Below, piece by piece: positions 30,077-39,762 of a stretch of 64,000 nucleotides of DNA. Positions within the stretch are counted from its first letter, which is position 1. Each line of letters opens with the position of its first letter. This stretch comes from an uncultured Gemmataceae bacterium. GTDB lineage: Bacteria; Planctomycetota; Planctomycetia; Gemmatales; Gemmataceae. The DNA is taken from the NCBI GenBank assembly GCA_963750165.1, contig CAVVPN010000012.1, forward strand, positions 896,001 through 960,000, given 5' to 3'. The notes under the pieces are model-generated. The model ran no database searches. It saw only the letters and a program-made list of their open reading frames with translations, and was not told the DNA's origin. A program made the translations under genes and the position numbers.

Positions 30077-30466
30077 GGTCTGTCCTCCTGACAAGACGCC
30101 TCTTTGCGATTCCTTCCCTCTTCACTCTAGCCGAGAAAACCACCCGCCGCCGACCCCGGCCAGCCGGAGGGGGACTTTTTTCGAGAGTGGACACCAAAAT
30201 TTTCCGCCCGCGCCACTTTTTCTTTCTACAACAAAATTAGCGGGTACTACGTTTTCACTGTGGGTAACATGAGCAATATTCAAGATTTATATCGATTCCA
30301 GAAAATATGAATAAATATAGCGAATAAATAGTCTCCGGTGACTGGGCAAATTTTACCGTTGCAATCACTAACTTGGGCTGTTATAAGGTTGCCTTCTTGT
30401 AAATCCGGTGAACGGAACCGGGTTGGAACGAGGTGTCAACAACTTTGCATCAGGAGGAATCTACGG

Positions 30467-31177
30467 ATGTACACCTCAGTGACAGTTCTCGCCCTGTCGA
30501 GCGTGCTGGCCTTGTCAGGTGCGGAGGGACCGAGCTGGTCGAAAGACTACGCGGCGGCGCGGAAGCAGGCGGCGAACGCCGGTAAGCCGGTGGCGGTGTT
30601 CTTCGGCAGCGGCCCGGCCGGCTACGAGAAGGTAGCCCGCGACGGCGGCTTCAACGCCGCGACGCTCAAGGCCCTGGCAGACAACTACGTCTGCTGCTAC
30701 GTGGACGTGAGCACGCCGGCCGGTCAGGCGTTGGCGAAGGCGTTCGAGATCAGCAAGGGCGTCGGCCTGGTGCTGAGCGATCGCACCGGCAAGTTGCAGG
30801 CGTTCTCCTGTGACGGCGACCTGTCCGTCGCGGACCTGCGCCGCTGCCTGGAGCGCTTCGCCGATCCGAACCTGGTCGTGCGCACCACCGTGACCGACCT
30901 GAACGAGCGGACGAGCTATTATTCGCCGTCGAGCGTCGCGGTCAGCGGCTACAACGCGGCGGCCTCGGCCGGCATCACCTACGGCGGCATGGGCTACGGC
31001 GGCATGGGCTACGGCGGCATGGGCTACGGCGGCATGGGCTACGGTGGCATGGGCTACGGCGGCATGGGCTACGGTGGCATGGGCTACGGTGGCATGGGCT
31101 ACGGCGGCATGTTCGGTGGCGGCGGCTCCTGCCCCACGTGTGGCGGTGGTGGCGGCTTCGGCGGCCGGCGTCGTTGA
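30467..31177 (+). CDS. secreted thioredoxin-fold-like protein with (YGGMG)9 low-complexity tail
   Basis: AGGAGG RBS, signal peptide, WSKDYAAARKQA..GKPVAVFF..YVCCYVD; tail ends SCPTCGGGGGFGGRRR. Confidence 0.75.
   Translation: MYTSVTVLALSSVLALSGAEGPSWSKDYAAARKQAANAGKPVAVFFGSGPAGYEKVARDGGFNAATLKALADNYVCCYVDVSTPAGQALAKAFEISKGVGLVLSDRTGKLQAFSCDGDLSVADLRRCLERFADPNLVVRTTVTDLNERTSYYSPSSVAVSGYNAAASAGITYGGMGYGGMGYGGMGYGGMGYGGMGYGGMGYGGMGYGGMGYGGMFGGGGSCPTCGGGGGFGGRRR
30980..31114 (+). repeat. coding 15-bp tandem repeat, 9 units
   Basis: TACGGYGGCATGGGC x8 plus TACGGCGGCATGTTC. Confidence 0.95.
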
Positions 31178-31370
31178 GCAGTGGTCCGTTGTCCGTTGTA
31201 ACGATCAGGGTTGCGGCACTGGGAAGTTCCTGGTGCCGCAACCCTTTTTCTTCCACGGACCACGGACCACTGGCCAAGGGCCAGATTGTGTCCCATACTT
31301 GGTGAACGGAACGTGGACTGCACTCACCGCGCGCCCTGCCGGCGCCGACCCTTTTACCCCTGGCATCCCT

Positions 31371-32810
31371 ATGTCCACTGTCTTTTCATTCCGGCCTGGG
31401 CCGCAGGGGCATACGCTGCTGCCGTTCATCGCCCGCTTCACGATTCTGTTGATCCCCTCGGGGCTGCTGCTGCTGGCCAGCCTGCGACACCCGCAGGGGC
31501 ACAATCTCATGCTCTGGTGCGGCACCGCGTTCCAGGGCATTGTCTGCGCCATGACGATGCTCAACCGCCGTAACTGGCGGCAACCGCTGGGGCCGTCCGT
31601 CATCACGCTGTACCTGATCGCCCTGGCCTGGCTGTGGTTCGGCGACGGCCGCGATGACTGGTTCACCCACCTGGCCAAGGCGATCCTGCTGGTGGTGCCG
31701 CTCTGCGTCTTCGCGCAGCTGACGCTGGTCGAGTCCGGGGCGACGGCCATTCGCAAGGCCCGCACCCTGTCCGACCGCCTCTCCGGCCGCAAGGACTGGC
31801 CCGCCGACCTGAACACCTGCCGATCGCTGCCGGAGGTCAAGGCGTTCCGCGCCGCGCTGTCCATCGACGCGGCGCCGGCGCTGGCGCTCTTGCAACATCC
31901 GCGGATCGAGGTGCGCGTCGCGGCGCTGGCGGCGCTGGAGTTCCGCCGGGACTGGCGGCCCGGTCAGGCCGAGTTGGTGTTGCAGACCGCTCAGCGTGCC
32001 GAGCAACCGGCCGTGCGCGCCGCCGCGGTCGCCGCCCTGGCCTGCGTCGATGACCGCACCCTGGTCGAGGCGCTGGCGCAGTTCCTGCACGACCCCAGCG
32101 TCGAGGTACGGCGGGCGGCCACCGAGGCGCTGTTCTGGGACACCGAGCGCCGCTGGACCTGGGTGTGCTTCGCCGTTCGCCGCGCGCTCGCCGACCCGCT
32201 CTACCAGGGCGACGGGGCGCTGTGCCACAGCGGTGAACTGCTGACGCAGGAGGCCGTCAAGGATCTGACGGCGTGGTGTGCTGAAAAGGGCGTGCTGTCA
32301 CAGCGGGCGTCGCTGACGCTGGCGGCCCACTACAGCCGGGCGCTGAGCGAACACCCCGAATCGGCCCTGGTGGAGTCGCTGCGCCAGCAGCTGGCCGACC
32401 CGCAGACGCCCGCCAGCCTGCGCATCGAGCTGGGCCGACTGCTGCAGTATCACCAGGAACTGGAAACGCCGTTGCTGGGGAAGTTGCTGGACGTGTCCAA
32501 TCCGGCGCCGTTGCGGCTGATCGCGGTGGAGACGCTGCTGGCCGAGCACACCGCCGACGAGGCGCTGCAGTCCACCGCGGTCACAACGCTGCGCGACCTG
32601 GCGCGACTGCCCAACCGCGAGATCGCATTGGCGACCGCGGACGTGCTCCAGCGCCGTCTGGGCGTCGATCTGGGGCTGGGGCTGGGCCAGCCGTTGCCGC
32701 CGATCCACACGCGGCAGGCCGCCGAGGTCACGCGCCGCGTCATGCTCTGGGCCGCCCAGTTCGACCAGGGCGACGACATGGAGAACTCGCACTTGCTGGC
32801 GCAGTCGTGA
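31371..32810 (+). CDS. membrane protein with C-terminal HEAT/ARM repeats
   Basis: about four N-terminal TM helices; HPRIEVRVAALAAL, PAVRAAAVAAL, DPSVEVRRAATEAL. Confidence 0.8.
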   Translation: MSTVFSFRPGPQGHTLLPFIARFTILLIPSGLLLLASLRHPQGHNLMLWCGTAFQGIVCAMTMLNRRNWRQPLGPSVITLYLIALAWLWFGDGRDDWFTHLAKAILLVVPLCVFAQLTLVESGATAIRKARTLSDRLSGRKDWPADLNTCRSLPEVKAFRAALSIDAAPALALLQHPRIEVRVAALAALEFRRDWRPGQAELVLQTAQRAEQPAVRAAAVAALACVDDRTLVEALAQFLHDPSVEVRRAATEALFWDTERRWTWVCFAVRRALADPLYQGDGALCHSGELLTQEAVKDLTAWCAEKGVLSQRASLTLAAHYSRALSEHPESALVESLRQQLADPQTPASLRIELGRLLQYHQELETPLLGKLLDVSNPAPLRLIAVETLLAEHTADEALQSTAVTTLRDLARLPNREIALATADVLQRRLGVDLGLGLGQPLPPIHTRQAAEVTRRVMLWAAQFDQGDDMENSHLLAQS

Positions 32811-32866
32811 AGCCGAGACCAGCGCGCTGAGGTGCGATTGATTCGACCCGCGCCGGCAACACCGTC

Positions 32867-33049
32867 CGGCACGGTTATGCCTGAGTGGGCACTTCAGGCG
32901 GGCAACGGCGGGCGCCCGCCGGCACGGCCAGACGTGGGCGGCCGCCCGTTGGCCAATCGGGGGGTGAGAGAAACGTGAAATGAAACGGCAACCCCCTGTG
33001 TAAATAAGGGGTTATTTCATCTCACCTCTGTGAGACGAAACGGCAGAAC
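32867..33049 (+). repeat. dispersed ~180-bp intergenic element, copy 1
   Basis: collinear with the reverse complement of 44861-45041; shared blocks GGGCACTTC, GGCAACG, TTGGCCAAT, GTGAGAGAAACGTGA, GAAACGGCAAC, GTTATTTCAT. Confidence 0.8.
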
Positions 33050-33050
33050 C

Positions 33051-34967
33051 TCACAGCCGCACCGTCAGCAGCGTCACGTCGTCGTCCGCCAGGCCGCCGT
33101 GGTCGCGCAGCCACTCCACCCACGCCGCGAAGGCGTTCTGCGGATCGGGCACTCCCGCCAGCCGCTCCAGCGCGTCCCACGGCTTCTGTCCCGCCTCAAC
33201 CTGACGCTGAAACCACTCCAGCATCGGCCCACTCGTCACAATCAGCCGGTCGTCTGTCTCACCCTTGCCGCCACCGCGCAGGAATGAATCTTCCAGGGCG
33301 TCATCCAGGTTGGAGCGCGAGCCCAACCAGCCGATGGCCTTCGTGACCTCCTCGGAGGGCCGCTGTGGGTACAGCGCTTCCAGCCGGCGGTCGCGGACCA
33401 CGAGCACGCCAGCGTCGCCACTGACCACCGCCTGCCAGCGTTTCTGGTCGCGGCCGAAGCGGTAGACCGCCACGCCGATGAACGACGCGAACACGCCCTG
33501 CTCCAGCACCGTCGCGTACGCCTTGCTCGTCTGCTTCTCGCGCACCTCCGACGCCCAGCGGCGCTGCAACGGCTCCAGCCAGTCACGCACGTCGGCCATC
33601 GGCGAGGCGTCGTTGCGCACGAAGTCGTCCGCCAGCAGCCGCGCCCACAGGTTGACCCAGCGGCCCTCGCGCACGCCGGAGGCCACGGCGAGACGGCCTC
33701 GGTCCACGTCCGCCGCGAACGCCTGGCGATACTGTGCCGCGGTGCGGCCGCGGCGCGGCAGCCAGAAGCGCTGGTAGCGCGGCTGCGCCGCCTGGCCGAT
33801 CCAGTTCGGCAGGATCGACCCCGGGGCCATCGGCGCCGCGGCCGGCTTCGGTGCCTCGGCGACTGGCAGCCCGCGCAGCGTCGGTTCTTCCGCTGACTGG
33901 GACTGCCACCACGGCGGCTCTTCGTCCTCCAGCAGGATCGGCTCCGCGTGCGGTATTTCCACGGCCGTGAGGCCGAGCAAGATGTCCTCCGGCGTCACGG
34001 ACAGCTGCCGATCCACGAGTTCCGCCTGGGCCGGCGACAGCGGTTTCGCGCCGCTGGACAGCCACACGTCCTCCAGCAGCGGCACGTCGGCCAGCGGCCC
34101 CTGCGCCGCCAGCATCAGATGGCCGGCCAGCGCCCGCAGGTCGGCGTCGTCCTGCTGCCACAGCTCGCGCAGCAGCGGCGAGTTGCCGGGCTCACGGAAG
34201 TCGCGTTCGCGGAACAGCAGGTTCTCGCCGTTGTCGTGGCGCTGCCAGAGCGACCCGCCGCCGACCACCAGGCAGCGCAGGGCCGTGAAGATGACCAGGT
34301 GCGCGAAGCGGTCCACTTCCCGGTGGTAAGGGGCGCTGCGGACGCGCTCGGGGTGCTGGAAATTGGGATGGCCGAGTTCACCGGAAGGTTTGTCCGCCAG
34401 GGCCGGCACCCACATGCCGTCGTAGTCGATCAGCCGCAGTTTGAGGGCGTTGGCCTTGGTGCCGCTGACGAGCAGGACGTTGCCGTGCTGCAGGTCGCCG
34501 TGGGCCATCTGGGCGTTGTGCAGTTGCTGGGCAAGCCGCAGCCACAACCCGGCGAGCTGTTCCATGTACCCCGGCTTGTCGGCGTGGTCGCGGACAAATT
34601 CGTTGAGGGTGAGACCCGCGACCCAACGCATCTTGACGACGGGGAACCATTCGCCGCGAACGCGGACGCCCTCGTCGAGGAAGGTGAACTGGACCATGAA
34701 GGACAGCTGGGCCTGGCCGAGGTGGTCGCTGATGGCGCGGTAGCGTTCGTGCAGGCCGTGGACCTCGCGCGTGAAGCACTTGACGGCCCAGGTTTGACCG
34801 CTGGAGGCGTCGCGCAGCTCGTAGACGTCGGCGAAGTTGCCGGAGCGCGTCCGCGGCAGACCGAAGAGGTCCACGGCGGCCTCGGCCTGTTGCAGGTCGG
34901 CATCGCGGAAGCACAGCGCCGGCGTTTGTAGCGCCTCGTTGTAGTCGGTCGCTTGCGGCCAGGCCAT
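33051..34967 (-). CDS. TerY-P-type protein kinase fused to a degenerate PP2C-like domain
   Basis: MAWP..DYNEALQ, SGNFADVY, WAVKCF, HGDLQHGNVL, LIDYDG, GHPNFQHP; C-terminal FWLP...WARLL...GD...DDVTLL. Confidence 0.85.
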   Translation of the reverse strand: MAWPQATDYNEALQTPALCFRDADLQQAEAAVDLFGLPRTRSGNFADVYELRDASSGQTWAVKCFTREVHGLHERYRAISDHLGQAQLSFMVQFTFLDEGVRVRGEWFPVVKMRWVAGLTLNEFVRDHADKPGYMEQLAGLWLRLAQQLHNAQMAHGDLQHGNVLLVSGTKANALKLRLIDYDGMWVPALADKPSGELGHPNFQHPERVRSAPYHREVDRFAHLVIFTALRCLVVGGGSLWQRHDNGENLLFRERDFREPGNSPLLRELWQQDDADLRALAGHLMLAAQGPLADVPLLEDVWLSSGAKPLSPAQAELVDRQLSVTPEDILLGLTAVEIPHAEPILLEDEEPPWWQSQSAEEPTLRGLPVAEAPKPAAAPMAPGSILPNWIGQAAQPRYQRFWLPRRGRTAAQYRQAFAADVDRGRLAVASGVREGRWVNLWARLLADDFVRNDASPMADVRDWLEPLQRRWASEVREKQTSKAYATVLEQGVFASFIGVAVYRFGRDQKRWQAVVSGDAGVLVVRDRRLEALYPQRPSEEVTKAIGWLGSRSNLDDALEDSFLRGGGKGETDDRLIVTSGPMLEWFQRQVEAGQKPWDALERLAGVPDPQNAFAAWVEWLRDHGGLADDDVTLLTVRL

Positions 34968-34987
34968 GCGGCTGACCCCTTAAATAA

Positions 34988-35096
34988 TTCACCACAGAGA
35001 ACGCGGAGAACGCAGAGAAAAGACCAAGAAAAATTGTATCAAACCATTTCCGACTTTTTGTCTTTTCTCCGCGCGCTCTGCGTTCTCTGTGGTGAA
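34988..35096. repeat. long inverted repeat (TTCACCACAGAG family)
   Basis: TTCACCACAGAGAACGCGGAGAACGCAGAGAAAAGAC...GTCTTTTCTCCGCGCGCTCTGCGTTCTCTGTGGTGAA; related to 47627-47711. Confidence 0.85.
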
Positions 35097-35103
35097 ATGC
35101 TTT

Positions 35104-35952
35104 TCAATTCCGCAGGTTGCGGGCATCCACACGAGTGCCGATGTCGAGGAAGCGAATCACCGACACCAAATCGGCGTTGAAGACAAAGCCGCGCGTCGTG
35201 TCGGTGACCGGGTAGCCCTCGCGCTGGGCGGCGTCGCGCATCTGCGGCGGCAGCACGCTCGACATGCGGAACAGCAGTTTCGCAAAGTCGTCCGGCAACC
35301 CCATATCGCCGGCCGGCAGCTCGATGGGCCGCTCGTTGCGCGAGGAAATGTGGATGTTGAACAGCAGGACGTTGCCGTCGCGGCTGGCCAGGTCGCGGAC
35401 GCAGCGCGAGTGCGCCTCGGGGTCGCCATCGGTGGCCCGGCCGTCGGTGATGTTGATGACCAGCGGCGGGAAGCAGTCGGGGTACTGGCCCAGGAACTCC
35501 GACAGACTGCTCCAGGCCTGGTCGAACGCCTGGCACATGGGCGTCTTGCCGTTGGCCTGCGGCTCGACCCAGACCGGGAAGCGAATGGTTTGTTGCAGGA
35601 TGCCGCCGGCGCCGTCATCGATGTGCTTGACGCGCTGCTCGATGCGCAGCGGCTGGGCGGCGAGCTTGCTGACCGGCACCAGGAGTTGACCGGCGAGGGT
35701 GCCGCCGAAGGCCGAACCGACGCGCAGCGAATTGTAGCCGATGACGCCCACGTGGAAGCGGTCGAGCACCTCATGGCCCTTGGCGCAACGCAACACGATG
35801 GTCTGCAACAGACGGTTGATGGCGTTGGCCACCTCGTCGGCCTTTTTCTTGTCCGGCTGGGCGGCGAATGGGTCGGCCATGGAGCCGGACTGATCGACGA
35901 GGAACAGAAAGCAGGTCGGGTTGGTGCGGCTGATCTCGGCCGTGTAGGCCAT
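35104..35952 (-). CDS. TerY-like von Willebrand factor A (vWA) domain protein
   Basis: MAYTAEISRTNP, MIDAS motif DQSGS...KTPM...NITDG, VLLFNIHIS, RGFVFNAD, FLDIGT. Confidence 0.9.
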   Translation of the reverse strand: MAYTAEISRTNPTCFLFLVDQSGSMADPFAAQPDKKKADEVANAINRLLQTIVLRCAKGHEVLDRFHVGVIGYNSLRVGSAFGGTLAGQLLVPVSKLAAQPLRIEQRVKHIDDGAGGILQQTIRFPVWVEPQANGKTPMCQAFDQAWSSLSEFLGQYPDCFPPLVINITDGRATDGDPEAHSRCVRDLASRDGNVLLFNIHISSRNERPIELPAGDMGLPDDFAKLLFRMSSVLPPQMRDAAQREGYPVTDTTRGFVFNADLVSVIRFLDIGTRVDARNLRN

Positions 35953-36047
35953 GGCGGCGTCTCCCCTGGGCCGGCGGTCCCGAAAGCCGGCGGTGCGTGT
36001 CTCCATCTGCCGATCTTAACAGATGGCAGTGGTCAGTGGCCAGTGGT

Positions 36048-36115
36048 TAGTCGTCCGAGCCCGAGCGCCAGCGCGGGGCAGAGTTGGCCCCGCGCTGGCG
36101 CTCGGGCTCCGACTA
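36048..36115. repeat. REP-like palindrome (GCCCGAGCGCCAGCG family), preceded by CAGTGGY heptamers
   Basis: TAGTCGTCCGAGCCCGAGCGCCAGCGCGGGGC...GCCCCGCGCTGGCGCTCGGGCTCCGACTA. Confidence 0.8.
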
Positions 36116-36983
36116 CTTCTCCAGCCGCAGTGCGTAGAAGCCGGTGTCGCGGTCCTGCAACCGCGACGAACCGGTGATGGCCCGGCCGTCGCCGGTGAAC
36201 AGGTAGCCGTGGAAGAACTGCGGTGTGCGCGGGAACGTAATCTTGAACGTCAGGCTGTGCAGCGGATCGCCGACCCTGCCGTCCACCTCGTATTTCTGAC
36301 CGTCCTTGTCCGAGTAGTACCAGCCCGTCACGTCCCGGTTGTTGTCCTTGACGCTCAGCACCAGCACGCCCGAACGACGGCCATCGTCGTAGAGGTGATA
36401 CTTGCCGGTGAAGTAGCGCGGCTCGAAGGTGGCGCCGACAACGAGCTTGTCCGCCTTCTTCGGCGTCGCCTCGGGGAAGCGTTTGGTGATGAGGTACAGT
36501 TCCGCCTTGCCCTCGGGCCGCAGCACCACCTTGTCGCCGACCGCGGCGCAGTGCAGGTCGCCGCCGACCGCCGCCGGCACCACCTGGCCCAGGTCGAGGT
36601 TGAAATGGAAGTCGCCGAACAGCCGGACGTTCTTGCCCTGGACGACGACGGTGCGCTCCTCGCCCTCCTTGAAGGTGACGAAACGCTCGACGAGCACGAT
36701 GGGCACGGTCTTGCCGCCGGGCACCTTCTGGCGCACCGGCCGCACCAGGAGCTTGCACCAGCGGCCCTCGTTGGTCTTGACGACGACAAACGCGGCGCTG
36801 TTGTCCTTGAGGACGCCGGCGTGGTCCGTGAGCAGGGCGGTGTCCAACTTCTTGACATGCTCGACGAAACCTGCCTTTTTCGGCAAAAGGGCGAGGATTT
36901 CATTGGTGTAGTTGTCGAAACTGTCGGCCCGCGCGGCCGGGCGCAGCCAGCACGGCCAGCAGAGACAGCCAAACGGTTCTCAT
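36113..36983 (-). CDS. secreted hypothetical protein (frameshift at ~36930)
   Basis: MRTVWLSLLAVLAAPG signal peptide joins ADSFDNYTNEILALLPKKAGF... after a frameshift; beta-rich mature part. Confidence 0.7.
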
Positions 36984-37160
36984 GGTCCGGCTCCGTGAGG
37001 TGGAAAACCAGGGCCAGAACGGCCCTCCACGCTAGTGTACGGTGCGAACCGTGGTTGTGCCACCACGCCGCGGCCGCTTGCGGGCGCCGTCGCCATCCGT
37101 TATGTTCGGAAGGCGAAGTGCTCCTCATCCCCCGCTGCCGGCTACCGAAAGGCGTCGAAC

Positions 37161-37574
37161 ATGGACCAACTGGAGTTGTTTCGGCTCTACGGACACACCC
37201 TGGGTGGGGTGCTCGACTGGAGCGCCGTGCTACTGTTCGTCGTCATCGCCGTGGTGTATTTCCTGGCGCCGGTCGTCGGCTACCGCGCCGACCGGCGTGG
37301 CGGCTTGTCGGCGGCGCTGTTCCTGCTCATCGGCTACGCCTCACTGTCGATGATCCAAATTGTTGTGTGGTACACGAAGATGGTCGAGCCCCGACCGCCG
37401 ACCCGCCAGGAGTTGGGTGAACTGCACCTCCATTTCCTGTTCGCGATGCTGAAGATGGGCTCGTTCATCCTCTCGATGCTGGTGTTCGCGCTCGGCCTGC
37501 TGTCGCTGCGGTTGCGCCGGGACGAGAGCAACCCGTTCCAGCTGCCGCGGGCGCGGCCGGAGGAGCGCGACTGA
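37161..37574 (+). CDS. small membrane protein (3 TM)
   Basis: MDQLELF... with three hydrophobic helices. Confidence 0.7.
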   Translation: MDQLELFRLYGHTLGGVLDWSAVLLFVVIAVVYFLAPVVGYRADRRGGLSAALFLLIGYASLSMIQIVVWYTKMVEPRPPTRQELGELHLHFLFAMLKMGSFILSMLVFALGLLSLRLRRDESNPFQLPRARPEERD

Positions 37575-37631
37575 CCGCTGGAAGAACCGTCCATGATGCT
37601 CACGCGCCACGATCTGAAGAACCAGTGGCGC

Positions 37632-38138
37632 TCATCCTCGCTGTCGCAGAGGGAAGAATCCGTCAAACAACGGTCGTCCGTTGACGGTAGTGATGCCAAA
37701 ATGGCGAACGAGGGCAGCATCGTTGATGTCCTGAGAGTTATAGGTTTCGAGTTGGTCCTGCTCTTCGCTCGGCCGGGCCAGAACTACCGCCAGGCTGAAA
37801 AAATCCTGCTCGCGGTAATTCATTTCGACCGTGCGGATGCTCAACCCCTGGAGGATCCGCCAAACCATCACGAGCATCTCGGCCGAGCGTGTGGTCCCCA
37901 TTGCCTGGAGGAAGGCGCGGACCTTGTGTGGGTTACGCTCCACTTCGGCCAGGAGTGCCGCCGGAGTGAACGGGACGTTCACCCGGATGCGGTTGCGGTA
38001 CTCGGCGGCCACACGATCCAGTTGTTCAAGCAGGAAGGGGATCGCACGGTCACGGGGGGCGTACATGTCGATCATCCACCCGAGGCCGTTGCCTCGAAGG
38101 AGACGCTCGAGAACGACGGCGGAAGATTCAGGGCTCAT
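37632..38138 (-). CDS. hypothetical protein, third gene of the toxin-immunity operon
   Basis: MSPESSAVVLERLL...; its ATG overlaps the TGA of the upstream gene (ATGA at 38135-38138). Confidence 0.75.
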   Translation of the reverse strand: MSPESSAVVLERLLRGNGLGWMIDMYAPRDRAIPFLLEQLDRVAAEYRNRIRVNVPFTPAALLAEVERNPHKVRAFLQAMGTTRSAEMLVMVWRILQGLSIRTVEMNYREQDFFSLAVVLARPSEEQDQLETYNSQDINDAALVRHFGITTVNGRPLFDGFFPLRQRG

Positions 38139-38460
38139 GCGGCCTCCGCGTAATTTTCTGTATATTTCACCCACAGGATATTTCGGATCGATTCCAAGAG
38201 CGCTTGCATGTCAGGAGTTTTCGGGTCGTCCACCACCACTGTGACAAAATGATCGGACAGGATCAGGTAGAGCATGGAGTTCGGCGGCGAATCGGGACTG
38301 TCCGCGTCCCACGCGGTCTCGGCGTGGGCGTCCGGGTACGCGAGCAGTTCCCGCACTCGACCGAGGGGAATGTCGCCGATGCGTTGATACTTGTCGCCGG
38401 TGATGGCGTCCTCAAATCTGGCCTGGAGTTCCCCACGAAAAGTGGACACGGGGTTAACGG

Positions 38461-39315
38461 TTATTCGGACTGTTCATACTCGGCCGGGGACACGTACCCC
38501 AGCGACGAGTGCCGGCGCCGCGTGTTGTAGAAGACCTCGATGTACTCGACGAGCGCCGCCCGCGCCTCCGCCCGGGTGGCGAAGTCGGCGTCGTGCACCA
38601 GTTCCTTCTTCAAGGAGGCGAAGAAGCTCTCCATCGGGGCATTGTCCCAGCAGTCGGCCCGGCGGCTCATGCTGCAGGTGATGCCGTGCTTGCCCAGGAG
38701 GCGTTGGTAGTGGTCGCTGGCGTACTGGCTGCCCCGGTCGGAGTGGGCCAGCAGCCCCTCCCCCGGCAGCCGGCGCTGCACCGCCAGCTCCAGGGCATCG
38801 ACGACCAGCCGGCTCTCCAGGTGGTCGGCCATCGACCAGCCCACCACCCGCCGCGAGTACAGGTCCTCGACGACGGCCAGGTACAGCCAACCCTCTCGGG
38901 TCGGGATGTAGGTGATGTCCGCCACCCACGCCTCGTTGGCCGCGGCGGGGTTGAACTGCCGATCCAGGAGGTTCGCGGCCACGGGCAGGTCGTGGTTGGA
39001 GTCGGTCGTGCAGCGGAACTTGCGGGCCGTCTTGGCCCGGAGGTCGTGGTCGTGCATGAGCCGGGCCACGGTGTTGACGCAGCAGTCCTGGCCCCGGGCG
39101 ACCAGCTCGGCGTGGATGCGCGGGCTGCCGTAGCGGGCCTTGACCTCGGCGTGGATGGCGCGGATTTCCACGAGGAGGGTGTCGCGGCGCCGGGCGCGGT
39201 CGCTGGCGGGGCGGTCGCGCCAGGCGTAGTAGCCGGCGGTCGAGACCTCCAGGGTTTCGCAGAGCAGGCGCACGGGCCACTGGCCGCGGTGTTCCTCGAT
39301 GAAGCGGAAGGTCAT
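38461..39315 (-). CDS. IS3 transposase OrfB (DDE integrase core)
   Basis: YGSPRI, WVADITYI, HSDRGSQY, CWDNAPMESFF, YNTRRRHSSLGY. Confidence 0.97.
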   Translation of the reverse strand: MTFRFIEEHRGQWPVRLLCETLEVSTAGYYAWRDRPASDRARRRDTLLVEIRAIHAEVKARYGSPRIHAELVARGQDCCVNTVARLMHDHDLRAKTARKFRCTTDSNHDLPVAANLLDRQFNPAAANEAWVADITYIPTREGWLYLAVVEDLYSRRVVGWSMADHLESRLVVDALELAVQRRLPGEGLLAHSDRGSQYASDHYQRLLGKHGITCSMSRRADCWDNAPMESFFASLKKELVHDADFATRAEARAALVEYIEVFYNTRRRHSSLGYVSPAEYEQSE

Positions 39316-39608
39316 GTCGCCTCCCTGGCGAAGAACGCCGTCGCTTTTTTTAGGATGTCGCGCTCCGCCAGGAGCCGCTGGTTCTCGGCCCGGAGGCGGC
39401 GGTTCTCTTCCTCGAAGGGGGAGAGCTTGCCCTGGCCGGGGAAGGCTTGGCCGCCCTTGGCCTCCAGCGCCTGCTTCCAGGAGCGGAGCAGGGTCTCGTG
39501 GATGCCGAGGGAGCGTACGGCCTCGGCGACGGAGTAGCCCTGCTCAGTGACGAGCTTGACGGCCTCGAGCTTGAACTCCGGGGTGTAGGTACGTCGGGTT
39601 CTGGCCAT
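39312..39608 (-). CDS. IS3 transposase OrfA (HTH); A7G slippery site for -1 frameshift to OrfAB
   Basis: RRTYTPEFKLEAV...ERDILKKATAFFA; AAAAAAAG on the minus strand at 39344-39351. Confidence 0.95.
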   Translation of the reverse strand: MARTRRTYTPEFKLEAVKLVTEQGYSVAEAVRSLGIHETLLRSWKQALEAKGGQAFPGQGKLSPFEEENRRLRAENQRLLAERDILKKATAFFAREAT

Positions 39609-39762
39609 GATGGACCTCCTCAGGAGAGTTTACACTCTTAACTGGGTGTCCACCATTCGTGGGGAGGTTCAGCCTGCGGCCAATACCGGCGGACGAGCCG
39701 CGCGCAAGCATCCAACTCCGCCGTGTCGCCAACCGCTGGGATCACGACATCAGTACCGCCGA

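Larger units (their letters stand above)
38424..39671 (-). mobile_element. IS3-family insertion sequence (1248 bp) with 3-bp GCC target-site duplication
   Basis: terminal IRs TGGAGTTCCCCACGAAAAGTGGACAC and TGAACCTCCCCACGAATGGTGGACAC, TG...CA ends, GCC at 38421-38423 and 39672-39674. Confidence 0.97.

Noticed and set aside
30980..31114. 15-bp tandem repeat as a CRISPR array
   Set aside because: No spacers and no cas genes; it is an in-frame coding repeat with synonymous variation
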